Shown: one piece after another, positions 20,019 to 30,885 of the stretch | Numbering within the stretch: the stretch's first letter is position 1 | Layout of the letters: every line of letters begins with the position of its first letter | NCBI GenBank assembly: GCA_937625935.1 | Contig: OW569352.1 | Coordinates: forward strand, 124,001-188,000 | Length of the DNA: 64,000 nucleotides | Reading direction: 5' to 3' | DNA from: Tetramitus jugosus | Lineage: Eukaryota; Protista; Heterolobosea | Made by a program: the position numbers and the translations under genes | The notes under the pieces: model-generated | Told to the model about the DNA's origin: nothing | Database searches by the model: none | Seen by the model: the letters and a program-made list of their open reading frames with translations, nothing else

Positions 20019-22085
20019 ATGATCACCATTTGTGCAAGAGATCAATTCGAACAATTGATGGGCATTGAAATTCTGGTTCACAAAATTGTGGATTATTGTT
20101 ATGGTGCCGCTAACGAAGACGATGATGCATTTGTCATGCACGGTAGTGTCGACATTCGGGAACATTGTCGCACACCCTCATTAGCCTTGAACAAACGCCA
20201 TGTCGGTAGTCGTTTGGATCGTTCCATTTTGCGATCCAAAATGTACTTTAATCAATTGGCGCTCGTGAATCGTGCTTGCTACGATATGATTTTTGGCGGG
20301 AACGATTCATTGTGGTTGAACTTGGATCCGATTGTTTCTTTTCCGATCCGTTATCATCGTTTGGCGCAGCAACAGCTCAGCACTACGAGCGGAGATACGT
20401 ATCGTGATTTTCAAAAGCTGAGCTTGATCAACTCGGTCCAATGGTTCTCTAGCTATTTGCACAAGTGCCATTTTCGGTCGTTGAGACTACAGTTTAATTG
20501 GCCCAATTGTTTTCAAGCCATATCGTGGGACAAGGAAGCAAAGCTCAATACGCGGTTACTGTGTTTACACTATGATATTGATCCGGAATGCAACGACAGT
20601 GTCAATTTAATGGATCTGTTCATGTTTATTTTCCAGCACTTTGAACGATTGAACCATTTGGAGATTCGTGTGAGACAGAAGAGTCCATTAATTAGTAGTC
20701 GTTTCACGAAGTCTCATATTTTCGATTCGAACTTTGCTGCCATTACCTTCAGACGATCATTATCTCTCCGAACACTGCACATTACCTTGGAGAACCATGA
20801 ATGGCTCACTGAAGCGAAAGCACTAAAGGTGCCACACTTTTTGAAGTTTGTTATCAGTGCATGTCCGAATTTGAATAACTTGAAATTGTTGCCGTTCGAT
20901 GAATGGAGTATGCTGAGCGATCGTGGTGTTTTGGATGCCTTCCTTAGCATGGATGAGCTTGTTCGGTTACAATTGTACAATGTTGATCAGTTCGAGCTGT
21001 TGCAAAAGGTGTTAGATCATCATATTTATTTGCAATACTTTGGATTAGATAACTCTCAATTGAAGAAACGACCAGCTATAACGAATTCCCTCGAGTTCAG
21101 ACAGTGCGAAGAATTAGAAGAATTGAATATGGATCGAATTGATCAATTCTATGTTTCGAATCTACCTCGGTCATTGGAAAGGTTATCTATGAACACATGT
21201 ACAGTCGACTTTAACGATATGGATCCAGAATTAACTTTGAAGCAATTATTAATGTACAATTGTCGGCTAACGAGCAAGTTTCCTTGGAGCGCAATGAGTC
21301 ACTTGATTGAGTTGACAATCACGGACACGCTTGTGATTTCTAAAAAGGAGATGGTAGATCTTGTAATCACTTGTCAGCATCTAAAGCACATACAACTCAG
21401 CAGTGTAAGTAAGAATCATTCAACGCTATTACTTGCACTTGCTCGAACTCCATCCGAACTTGGGCAAAACTTGAAAACTATATCACTATCATTAGATTTA
21501 TCTGGCCAAGTCAATGACACGACTGACAATGCCATAACTAGTGTTGAATCATCGATAGGGGAGCTTCATCTATCAGACCTCTCGACACTGTCAACAAATA
21601 GCTTTAATTACATATTTCGGTCAGGTTTATTCGCAAAGTTAACATTGTGTGTTATCACACAATGTCGTGGTCTCAATGTATCTGATTGTATAGACACATT
21701 ATCCGAGTGTTGCCCAAAGCTCTATGAACTCAAATTGCACTGTTCACTCCTAGGAACCAAAAAGATTGAAACAGCAGCATTCAAACATCTCACCCACTGC
21801 AGCATCACGGAAAATGAGCAAGGATACACAGAAAACTCGATGCATGTGGCCATGAGTATTTTCGCTTGTACATACAATCCTGAGCAAATGTCTGATCAGG
21901 GCAATGGATCCTATCACTTTAGTTTCATGGATAAAATGAATTGGGCTGATGTGAAGTCTGTACTTGTCCATGGACAAGACTCTGACTTAAAAACGGATGA
22001 AATAAGCAGAAAGTACAACGAGTTTCTCGGAAGAGCACTCGATCAATTCACTGCCAATAACCATTGTCCAAAATCAGAGAATTAA
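20019..22085 (+). CDS. Leucine-rich repeat (RNI/F-box-LRR-like) protein
   Basis: Repeated LxxLxL units (CPNLNNLKL, LEELNM, LERLSM, CQHLKHIQL, CPKLYELKL); degenerate F-box-like N-terminus (LALVNRACY...LWLNL). Confidence 0.75.
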   Translation: MITICARDQFEQLMGIEILVHKIVDYCYGAANEDDDAFVMHGSVDIREHCRTPSLALNKRHVGSRLDRSILRSKMYFNQLALVNRACYDMIFGGNDSLWLNLDPIVSFPIRYHRLAQQQLSTTSGDTYRDFQKLSLINSVQWFSSYLHKCHFRSLRLQFNWPNCFQAISWDKEAKLNTRLLCLHYDIDPECNDSVNLMDLFMFIFQHFERLNHLEIRVRQKSPLISSRFTKSHIFDSNFAAITFRRSLSLRTLHITLENHEWLTEAKALKVPHFLKFVISACPNLNNLKLLPFDEWSMLSDRGVLDAFLSMDELVRLQLYNVDQFELLQKVLDHHIYLQYFGLDNSQLKKRPAITNSLEFRQCEELEELNMDRIDQFYVSNLPRSLERLSMNTCTVDFNDMDPELTLKQLLMYNCRLTSKFPWSAMSHLIELTITDTLVISKKEMVDLVITCQHLKHIQLSSVSKNHSTLLLALARTPSELGQNLKTISLSLDLSGQVNDTTDNAITSVESSIGELHLSDLSTLSTNSFNYIFRSGLFAKLTLCVITQCRGLNVSDCIDTLSECCPKLYELKLHCSLLGTKKIETAAFKHLTHCSITENEQGYTENSMHVAMSIFACTYNPEQMSDQGNGSYHFSFMDKMNWADVKSVLVHGQDSDLKTDEISRKYNEFLGRALDQFTANNHCPKSEN

Positions 22086-22210
22086 ATCAACATATCAACC
22101 TTCAAATTTCCACTCCATTCTCACCACATTGTGACTATCAAGGACAGACTTCAGATTGAAATCTTGTTTTCACGTTAGCATTCATTGAGTACAATAATAG
22201 TCATCCATAA

Positions 22211-22873
22211 TTATTCCACAGGTGACTCATCATCATGATATCGTTGTTGATCATTATTGTGAATCACTTTTTCAAACTGTTGCAACAAGCTGTCAGCCAA
22301 CTGTTCATTCACATGAATTTGAGTCACATTATCACTCGTGATGATTCTTCTGTTCCTCCGATCCATCTTACCTCCGTGTCTCTGCTTCTCCTCTTCTGAT
22401 TGAGCAAAAGAACCATCCAGTGATGATTGTTGAGACGATTTGGATCCAAGTAAACCATCTTTTTCAAACAAGGACTGACCATGATAGAGCAAATGATAGA
22501 ACCCGTAGCTCGCAGCCATGAGCCATAATTGCCACTCTCTGATTGCCCTTGGAAAACGATATGTGATCAACATGAACAGTCGTTTGATCATCTCGATATA
22601 GTAGATCAGACGAGATGACTTTGCACCATCAGGAGTAAATATGGTGTCTGACCATCTCATCAACCCTGCTGCTCTGCCCACATGTGTCTTGGATCTCACT
22701 CTGAGCAAACCATGAGCTGTCGCTGTAGTTGCCGTAGATGATTTTGTGCCGCGTTTTTGCAACTGTTTGGCGTTTTTCTTGTTTTGTAGTTGGGTTACGA
22801 TCGATGTTTGGGAGGGATAAATCTTCCACGCAGGATGAACTCGCGTATCGTAATCATCACCACCGTTTATCAT
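22211..22873 (-). CDS. Hypothetical protein with one hydrophobic segment
   Basis: Long ORF with protein-like composition from MINGGDD (ATG 22873; alternative ATG at 23149); no family recognised. Confidence 0.55.
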   Translation of the reverse strand: MINGGDDYDTRVHPAWKIYPSQTSIVTQLQNKKNAKQLQKRGTKSSTATTATAHGLLRVRSKTHVGRAAGLMRWSDTIFTPDGAKSSRLIYYIEMIKRLFMLITYRFPRAIREWQLWLMAASYGFYHLLYHGQSLFEKDGLLGSKSSQQSSLDGSFAQSEEEKQRHGGKMDRRNRRIITSDNVTQIHVNEQLADSLLQQFEKVIHNNDQQRYHDDESPVE

Positions 22874-23241
22874 CTTTTTTTGCTTTGATGAATCGAGGAA
22901 TGAATTTGCGGGTGCGCCAAGACAGAATTGTTTTATTCCGACGAGACTGGCCAAATCGTAAATTGTTGATGGTTGAGGAGAATCTGGTCCCACGAAGAGT
23001 CGAAAGGAGGAAAGTTTTGACCAGATGGAGACGAGTGTCGTTTTCCCACCATCCGACGTCAAAAACGTAAAAACACAAACCGAAGAGGCCGCTGAAAAAT
23101 CACACACGCAACACCGATCGGCAGTCCCAAAAAAACTGGCCGTTTCCATTTGTAACAAAAAATCGAATCACACAAAAAGCAAACAACAATAAAAACAATC
23201 AATCAATTTGTACGACAGATACACCCACAAAAAACAAAAAA

Positions 23242-24399
23242 ATGTTGACAGAAGAGCTTGAATCTGCCCTATCTGATACTTTTCTTCATCTAGACTATGA
23301 AGACCCTGATTTACTCTATTATATGACCACAGATGACTTGCTCTGTGGTGCATCACCATCACCATCCACCCCAATACCATCCATCTCACCACTCAACAAC
23401 AACAACAACAATACCTCCACTACCACCACCAATAACAATACTACGAATGATACTAGTACGACTGCAGGAGCAACATCAACAACCCTCACAACAGAAAATT
23501 TATCTTCTTGTAGCTCTCCAACTGAAAGCTCACACTCTGCAAACGAAACAGTGAACACTAGCGATGTAGAAGAAGAGCTTTTTTCAGTGATTCAACAGCA
23601 ACAAGAAGAAGAAAATCAACAACAAACATCTACAGCAGCAACAGAAGCAAATTATATATCAGTGATGGACTATAGTTCACCACCACAACCACAATTCTAT
23701 TTACCATCTCATCAACAGCAACAAGCACAACAACAGTACAATTACATGAGTGCACCATGTATGCAACAATTGCTATACGATAATCAACTCTTGTACAATA
23801 ATGCATTCTTTATGTTCCCTGCCACTAGCAATAATAGTAACAACAGTAACAACAATAACAATGCTAGTGGTACTGTTGCTGCTACGAATGATGTAGTGTC
23901 TGCTCCATCACCACCATCCATTGTTCAACAACATGATGTGAATAGAGCAACTCCTACTCCAATCGTGCTACCTACAACACAACAAGCACCAACTCCAACT
24001 TCTTCTCAATCACAGAAATCAAAGACTGTTCATCATTCGAGACCTCATCCATACAGTTATCCAACTGTACAGATGCCACAGTATGGACCGCCACCAGTCG
24101 CACAATACAATGCACCTCCAATGATGGACGGAAATCCACCAGTCTCTGCTGCTGCAGTTGCATCTTGTAACAATGCTGCTGCTGGTGGAAATGGTCAAGC
24201 ACCACCAAAGATGAACGGAAATCCAAAGAGAAAGCTTCAAGAGAAGCAACCAGGTGAACAATGGGTGTGGCACGAGAGCCGACACAACAATCATCAATAT
24301 GTAAAAATCAATCCAAGATTGGTGGAGGTGAAGAATGTGTATCGGAAGAAGGCTAGAGTGTATGACAAGATGGTGATGAAACTTGACTTTTCATTGTAA
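23242..24399 (+). CDS. Low-complexity protein with compact basic C-terminal domain (putative transcription regulator)
   Basis: Acidic, N/Q/T/P-rich body; terminal ~50 aa EQWVWHESRH...KINPRLVEVKNVYRKKARVYDKMVMKLDFSL. Confidence 0.65.
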   Translation: MLTEELESALSDTFLHLDYEDPDLLYYMTTDDLLCGASPSPSTPIPSISPLNNNNNNTSTTTTNNNTTNDTSTTAGATSTTLTTENLSSCSSPTESSHSANETVNTSDVEEELFSVIQQQQEEENQQQTSTAATEANYISVMDYSSPPQPQFYLPSHQQQQAQQQYNYMSAPCMQQLLYDNQLLYNNAFFMFPATSNNSNNSNNNNNASGTVAATNDVVSAPSPPSIVQQHDVNRATPTPIVLPTTQQAPTPTSSQSQKSKTVHHSRPHPYSYPTVQMPQYGPPPVAQYNAPPMMDGNPPVSAAAVASCNNAAAGGNGQAPPKMNGNPKRKLQEKQPGEQWVWHESRHNNHQYVKINPRLVEVKNVYRKKARVYDKMVMKLDFSL

Positions 24400-24585
24400 G
24401 GAACATGTCTCAAAGAGAGGTAATGGTTACTAGTTATCAAAATGACGCTTGTATATGTTCAATGGATGAACAACATTTAGGGGATAGTGTAGAACACGAA
24501 CATCAGCAACAACAAGGAGGTTTTTCACACGAATTCAAAATAAAAACAACATCATTTCATTTTGACGAGTGCATTCTTTATTCTC

Positions 24586-26736
24586 TTAGTGGAACTCTGG
24601 GTCTTCGGTGATATCCGTTTCGGAGATGAGGCTTTCCAAAAGTTCCTTCTCTTCCACGACATTGTGCACCTCCAAAAAGTCAAACATGTTTGGCTCTTCA
24701 CTGCCCTGTCCGAGGTCACCAACAGCAGCAGCAGACACTGGTTTGGTGGAACGTTGAATGTACTGATCGAAGATGCTCTTCTTCTTGTTTCGTGCCAACT
24801 TTGGTTGCCACGATTCATGGTGCAGCTTGATGAGCAAGTTGTGAGAGACGACATTAGGATTTAAGCCGCTGGTCTTCATTAGCTTTAGAATGTTCTTTGC
24901 TCCGTTGAGGTCATTGTTCTGTACGTGCATCTCAATGAGGGCATTGTATGTCTCGACGTTTGGCACAAAGGAGGCAAAGATGGAGTTTGGATCTTTGCTG
25001 TCTGTTTGGAACTTGAGGAACAGTGCCAGTGTTCTCTTGTCTCCCACGACGGCAAACAAGCGTAACACGAGATTAAATGTACTCATGTCAGGTGTCATGA
25101 TTTCATTGTTGTTCAGAATCTGAGCATAGAGCTCCATTCCCTTCATGACATCACGATTCTCAACGCACGCTTTCAAAACCTTGTTGCACAATCCAATGTC
25201 CACCAGTGGAACGTCATTGACTGATTTGTTCATGTTTTCTGTGACGAGTTGAATAGCTGTTTCAGTGTCCTTTGAAACGTTGCAGAGACCCAGCACATAC
25301 ACTTGGAATAATCGCTTGTTCCATTGAATGTTGCTGCCTTGAACCATGGCATCATAAACAGACTTGAATCTCTCATCGTTTGACTCCAGGAAGCTCTGAA
25401 GCACAATGGCACACGTATCAGCAGTCAATTGAATGTTTCTGCTAGTCATCTCCTCCAAGTAGTGCAACACACCAGAGACATGAGAATTGGCAGCAAATGC
25501 ACTCAAAATAATCTCAAATGTGTGTCTGTTGAGCTCCAATTCATTGTTTGCCATGAAATGGAACACTGAAATGATTGGTTTCAGTTTTCCAATCGCAGAG
25601 AATGCCGTAATCAGTGACTCATATGTCTTCATGTTGGTAAACAGTGGAATTTGCAACAGTTCTGATTCCTCTGGTTTCGTCAATGCAGCTTCCAACGAGT
25701 CAGCTTGAGCTGCGTACACCAATTGTTGTTCTTCAGCAGCTTCGATTGCCTCGAACATGGTTGCTTCTTGAACTTGTTGTTGGAACAATTGTTGTTCTTT
25801 TTCTGAAGTCAATGTCGACGAGGATGAGAAAGTCGATGATGACGATGCTACGGTGGGCTCTGTTTCAGAAGACTTGTTTTCAGCTTGTTCCGTAGTACTG
25901 TCTAATGTTGTGGTACTCGTTGTTGAAGCTTCACCTTGCTCACTTTGATTGTTCATTCTTTGAATGAGTGCATTGGTTTTCGTTTGGATGGCAAACTGTT
26001 TTCTGATGGACTCAAACAGTTCATATGCTTGTTCGTAGTACTCGTTGATGACATAGGTGTCAATGGACTGATCATACAGTGCCAAGTCTTCAAAAAATAC
26101 GGGAATAATGTCCTCTGAAGTCAAATGACTGTGTGATTCACTCAGATAGCTCAATATTTGTTTGTATTGAGGCTTCAAGAGCTGAAAGAGGCAATTCTGA
26201 CACTGTTCAACGATTGAGAGTGTTCTCAGGACACGATCATCACGATTGCTCAAGTGAGAGCACAGAGTGATCATTTGGAGAGTGGATGACTCAATTTGTT
26301 GCCTCACAGAGGAGGTATCAGGCTCAACTGTAGAGCTCTGAATTCTTTCTAGCTCTTGTTGTGTGAGCTGACGAGTGTATTGCGTATATTGATTCAACAG
26401 TGCGTCAAATTTTTCATCCTTATTGTAAAAGACATGTGATTGATTTTGGCGCAATTTTTCCATTTGTTCATCGAGAAGATTGAAGAATGCATTTTCTGGT
26501 TGAAGTGTGGAGTAAGCACGGATGGAGGCAGTGATTGATTTTCTGCGTATAGAGAGACATTGACTCGACACAGCAGGAGCAGCGAGTACCACACTATTGT
26601 ACTTTGTAGTCACATTCGCATAATTCGATGTTATTGCGATAAAATTCCGCTTTTGGAGGTTACGAGTGGAGTTGTTGAGGAGGGAGAGGCGAATAGCATG
26701 GTGATGTTGGTGGAGTGAGATGATTGATTTCCACAT
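24586..26736 (-). CDS. Mitochondrial P-type pentatricopeptide repeat (PPR) protein
   Basis: Basic/Ser-rich presequence; tandem ~35-aa motifs (TYESLITAFS, HTFEIILSAFA, PDMSTFNLVLRLF, PNVETYNALIEMH, PNVVSHNLLIK). Confidence 0.88.
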   Translation of the reverse strand: MWKSIISLHQHHHAIRLSLLNNSTRNLQKRNFIAITSNYANVTTKYNSVVLAAPAVSSQCLSIRRKSITASIRAYSTLQPENAFFNLLDEQMEKLRQNQSHVFYNKDEKFDALLNQYTQYTRQLTQQELERIQSSTVEPDTSSVRQQIESSTLQMITLCSHLSNRDDRVLRTLSIVEQCQNCLFQLLKPQYKQILSYLSESHSHLTSEDIIPVFFEDLALYDQSIDTYVINEYYEQAYELFESIRKQFAIQTKTNALIQRMNNQSEQGEASTTSTTTLDSTTEQAENKSSETEPTVASSSSTFSSSSTLTSEKEQQLFQQQVQEATMFEAIEAAEEQQLVYAAQADSLEAALTKPEESELLQIPLFTNMKTYESLITAFSAIGKLKPIISVFHFMANNELELNRHTFEIILSAFAANSHVSGVLHYLEEMTSRNIQLTADTCAIVLQSFLESNDERFKSVYDAMVQGSNIQWNKRLFQVYVLGLCNVSKDTETAIQLVTENMNKSVNDVPLVDIGLCNKVLKACVENRDVMKGMELYAQILNNNEIMTPDMSTFNLVLRLFAVVGDKRTLALFLKFQTDSKDPNSIFASFVPNVETYNALIEMHVQNNDLNGAKNILKLMKTSGLNPNVVSHNLLIKLHHESWQPKLARNKKKSIFDQYIQRSTKPVSAAAVGDLGQGSEEPNMFDFLEVHNVVEEKELLESLISETDITEDPEFH

Positions 26737-26877
26737 GTTTGTTCTTGTGCTGTGGGTATTGGTTGGTTGTGGGTTGAATCAAAAAATGGTGAATTGAATT
26801 TTTTTTGCTTGTTGTTGGTCAATTTTTTTCACACAGAGGATTCCTTTATCCGACATGGCTTTTGGATTATTTCGCCG

Positions 26878-29800
26878 CTATTTATTGGTGAGGCCTCTGG
26901 GGAACGAGGAAGGTTTTGGCTTTCTGGACTCCATTTTCTGTTCTCTTTCAAATAGATCGTGTAGTAATCTCTGAAACCAGTCCTTGTTTCTCAGCGAGTC
27001 AAAGTCTGCATCTTCTTTCAGTTTGTCAGCTGTAAGAATATATCCAAAGTCAAATGCTTCCCGCAAATACTTTTGTGCTTCTGCTTCCTTCTCAAACACA
27101 GCGTTCAAGCAAGACAGGTTGTAGAGCGAGAGACCTCTGTTCTTTAGCTTCAAAAATCCTTGAGATGCTTCTTCGTACATTTGTTGGGATTGAGCCTGTA
27201 GTTGTTGAACAATCTCATGTTGCTGTTGTCCCAGTCTCATGTACTCTTGAAGTCTTCTCTGCAGATCTTCAGTTTTTGCGTGTTGCTGCAGAGCTCTCAC
27301 ATGAGCTGTGATATCACTCAAGTTTTGTTGAGCTCTCTTCAGGTCCTTCAACCGTATTTCTGCACTCATCAAATAGGCGATGGCACATCGACACACGCAA
27401 CCATCATTACTTGGTTCCAATTCCATTGCTCTCTTGTACTGCTCTATACACTGCTGAAGGAGAATAAAGCGTTCCTCACCCTCATGTTCCTTGGCTTCTT
27501 GCAGTAGGATGTTGCCCCAATTGTTTCTTGCAATGACAAAGTCCTTGATTTGTACACATCGAGAGAAGTAGTCACATGCTTCCAGAACAAGCTTCTTTCT
27601 CTCTTGCTTGATAAACTCGGACTGTGATTTCAAGGATTCCTTGGTGCCGATGCGAATCAGATCAATCTTCAATTTTTGATTGAATCCCATGTTATTGATG
27701 GCATGGAAGTAATCTGGCTGAATGGCCAAACACTTTTCATAGAGATTGGATGATCCTTCCAGACATGACAAAATAATGGACTTTTCACGTTCAATTTGTT
27801 CCTCATCCATGGTTTCTTCATCATCACTAAAGGCATCAAATTCATCTTCTTCAACAATAGTGCTGGAAGTATTTCCATTGCCCATACTGTCTGTGGCACT
27901 TCGAGAGATGTGCAACTTCTTCTTAAGTTGCCTAATCTTCTTCTCTGCCATATCACAGAACGATATTCCATAATCGTTGTATGTTCCAATGTAGGGTTTG
28001 ATATTCAAAGCCTTTTGGAACTTTTGATGAGCGTCCTGGAACAGTTTATCACTGTCCTCTGGATTGTAGATCTTGAGAGCCAAATCAGACAGAAAACCAG
28101 CCCACAAGGTCAACACTTCATCATTGTTTGGTGTCAGGTTCATACATGCCTCAAACTTGGAGACACAAAGCTCCAGTATCATCTTGAGATAGGCTTGAAC
28201 TTCACCACGGTATGAATTTACAAGTTTCTCTAATCGAATCAGAGCAACTGCCCAGTTTCTAGCAGCAGTCCAATTCGATGGATTATAAATTAAACATGAA
28301 TCATATTGATCGATACAGAACACCCACAACAGTCTCTTTGTGTGAATATCCTTCTCAAAATCGGCAGCATTAAATAGACTATTACCGTCTTTGAGGAACT
28401 CACTTGAGATCTGCTTGTTGCGTTCCTCTTCCATTTTCTTCTTCCGTTCCTCTTCCTCTTTTCTCAAACGTTCAATCTCTGCTGGGTCGGACTGTGCTTG
28501 AGTTGGAATGGTTTCAGGTTGATTTTCATTGGATTGCGTCGATGTTGATCCTGTACCAACAGGGAGAACAGTGTTAGTATTCGAACTGATTGGGTCATTC
28601 GTACCACTCTCCTTCTTCAAATACTTCTTTTCACAGTAGTATCTCTTTGTGTACATGTATTTCCAGGTGACCATTGGTGCAATCACAGATGATCTTCTGT
28701 TGGTCTTGGATGCGATGGAGGATGGATAAGGTGCAGTAACGTTTAACATGGCCGAATAGTACATGATTGAGTAATCCTTCTTCTTCCATTTGGCCATGTA
28801 CAAATGATTCCACAGAATCTCATTCTGAGCAAGCGTATAGAACTTGACACTCGCTGGAGCAATCGACTTACTCAAATCGAAAGCCTCCAAGAATGAGAAA
28901 ATGTACAAAAGGATCTCATCCAATAGGTAGGCATTTCTGTTGTTCAACGAGGATAGAACTTGTTGAATGTGCATGACCCATTCGTCGCATTCAGGCTCCG
29001 TTTCCGCTTGGAAGTATAGAATATCTTGAAGTTCGTTCCTTTGAGCAAAGAGGGATGATGGATCCATGTTGCCCATTGGTGAATAAATATCCATATTATC
29101 AGAGGAAGAGCATGAAGAGCTATCACACATGGCTCTTGGTACAGCATCAAACTTGCCTCTACTCGTTCCATAGATTGGATTATGGTCGTCATCATGAGGT
29201 GACATTGCATTCTTCATGGTTACATCTCCATCCTCATCCAAATCCATGGATTGAGGAGAACTAATGTACAGGCCGTTCGTTGCTGCTGTCACACCAACAG
29301 GTGATGCGACTGTTGTGGGAGCATCAGTCATCGTCATTGAATCCTGACTGCTATTTACAGGAGATAGGGAGGTGTAGTTTCTGTGGCATGATGATGGAGA
29401 TGGAGAGGACTGGAACTTAAACACTGGATAGTGACTGCCTGTTGGTGTACCCATATTCTCATCGACTTGGGGACTGGAAGCAGCAGTCGATGTGAACGGA
29501 TGCATCGAATGAGGGAAATAGGGTGACTTTGGATCAAAGTATGATGACATGGGTGTCTCAAACGGAGTGATCACACTGCTACCATTCGGTGTCAAAAGCT
29601 CCTTGTTCATATTGAGTTCAGGACCAATTTTTGGTGACTCACCAGTGAGAATGATACGGAATGATGTCTTGTCTGATCGTGCCACTTGAACTCTGCCTCC
29701 ACAAATCTGAGGACACAGGTAAATCTTGCCCAGTAGTCCCACATTTCCCTGATGTTCCGAATCGTATTGGCTGGGTACTTGATTCTCATTGATCATGATC

Positions 29801-30885
29801 AAGCTCTGTTGTTGTCGCTGTGGAAAGGAAGAAGCAGAGGAGTTTTGGTTTGAGAAGGATGCAAGCATTGCCAATGATGAACAGGATGAGGATGGCTCTT
29901 GACTAACAACACCAACACTAGCATTGACACTAGTAGCAGCAGCAGTAGCACCATTAGAGCTAGCACTTGCATTTGAAGCAGCAATACTGTTATTATTCAC
30001 TACTCCCATTCCTCCGACATTGGATGAAATTCTAAAGTGTTGACCAATCAATCTTGTAGGAGTAGGCACAGGCGACTGACAAATCATATCTGGTAATGAA
30101 AATGGTTGCGAAGTCTCAAACAACTCCATCTTCTTATCGGTCAACACGGCGTAAACCTTCTTTTTCAATTGAATAGAGGATGAATCGCCATAGTAGCTAT
30201 TGTTACTAGTAGATGATAAATGATGAACTGCAGATGAAGTTGGTGTGGTCGTAGCCGAATAGAAAAAGGTGATATTGCCCTGATGCTTTGCAATCTTCTT
30301 TGTTGATATCCACTTGACTTTTTTGTGTTGTGGATAGGATGCGACTGGGAAAGTGGATGAGCTCTGTCTCTTTCTTCTTCCATTGCTCAACTGATTTGTC
30401 TGCACATGGAGCTTTTGTTGTGATTGGAGTCGTTGTCGAGGGCTCTGATGTTGCTGTGGATGGCGATGATGAGAATGATGATTAGTAGTGTTGTTGTTGT
30501 TGTTTGTTTGATGATTGTACAATAGAGGGGATGTAGTCACCGGTGATGGTGATGATGATGAAGAGCTTTGCAATGATGGAGATGATGGTAAGTTGTTGAG
30601 AGAGAGGGATGGGGGATGATTTCGCTTTTGAGCTTGTTGTTGTGGAGCTATGCCACCAGAAGTGATGACGTTTGTGGTTGGAGGAGAGACGAGCAATGCA
30701 TACGATGGCGGTGATGACGACAATGGATCCATCATGGTATCGTCAGCTGCGTGAAAGTTGGTTTGTTGCTGCTGCTGCAGTGGTTGTTCTTGTTCTTGTT
30801 GTAGCTGAGGATGATTAGAGTTATTATTGTTGATGTTTTTGTTCCTTTCCTTGTTGTTGGAATGAGTGGAATTTGGATGGTTCAT
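26878..30885 (-). CDS. Split-PH + F-box + TPR protein
   Basis: PH fragments (KKKVYAVLTDKKMELFE; LLGKIYL; LYFQAETEPECDEWVMHIQQVL), F-box LLDEILLYIFSFL...LWNHLY, multiple TPRs ending LYNLSCLNA...DADFDSLR. Confidence 0.82.
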   Translation of the reverse strand: MNHPNSTHSNNKERNKNINNNNSNHPQLQQEQEQPLQQQQQTNFHAADDTMMDPLSSSPPSYALLVSPPTTNVITSGGIAPQQQAQKRNHPPSLSLNNLPSSPSLQSSSSSSPSPVTTSPLLYNHQTNNNNNTTNHHSHHRHPQQHQSPRQRLQSQQKLHVQTNQLSNGRRKRQSSSTFPVASYPQHKKVKWISTKKIAKHQGNITFFYSATTTPTSSAVHHLSSTSNNSYYGDSSSIQLKKKVYAVLTDKKMELFETSQPFSLPDMICQSPVPTPTRLIGQHFRISSNVGGMGVVNNNSIAASNASASSNGATAAATSVNASVGVVSQEPSSSCSSLAMLASFSNQNSSASSFPQRQQQSLIMINENQVPSQYDSEHQGNVGLLGKIYLCPQICGGRVQVARSDKTSFRIILTGESPKIGPELNMNKELLTPNGSSVITPFETPMSSYFDPKSPYFPHSMHPFTSTAASSPQVDENMGTPTGSHYPVFKFQSSPSPSSCHRNYTSLSPVNSSQDSMTMTDAPTTVASPVGVTAATNGLYISSPQSMDLDEDGDVTMKNAMSPHDDDHNPIYGTSRGKFDAVPRAMCDSSSCSSSDNMDIYSPMGNMDPSSLFAQRNELQDILYFQAETEPECDEWVMHIQQVLSSLNNRNAYLLDEILLYIFSFLEAFDLSKSIAPASVKFYTLAQNEILWNHLYMAKWKKKDYSIMYYSAMLNVTAPYPSSIASKTNRRSSVIAPMVTWKYMYTKRYYCEKKYLKKESGTNDPISSNTNTVLPVGTGSTSTQSNENQPETIPTQAQSDPAEIERLRKEEEERKKKMEEERNKQISSEFLKDGNSLFNAADFEKDIHTKRLLWVFCIDQYDSCLIYNPSNWTAARNWAVALIRLEKLVNSYRGEVQAYLKMILELCVSKFEACMNLTPNNDEVLTLWAGFLSDLALKIYNPEDSDKLFQDAHQKFQKALNIKPYIGTYNDYGISFCDMAEKKIRQLKKKLHISRSATDSMGNGNTSSTIVEEDEFDAFSDDEETMDEEQIEREKSIILSCLEGSSNLYEKCLAIQPDYFHAINNMGFNQKLKIDLIRIGTKESLKSQSEFIKQERKKLVLEACDYFSRCVQIKDFVIARNNWGNILLQEAKEHEGEERFILLQQCIEQYKRAMELEPSNDGCVCRCAIAYLMSAEIRLKDLKRAQQNLSDITAHVRALQQHAKTEDLQRRLQEYMRLGQQQHEIVQQLQAQSQQMYEEASQGFLKLKNRGLSLYNLSCLNAVFEKEAEAQKYLREAFDFGYILTADKLKEDADFDSLRNKDWFQRLLHDLFEREQKMESRKPKPSSFPRGLTNK

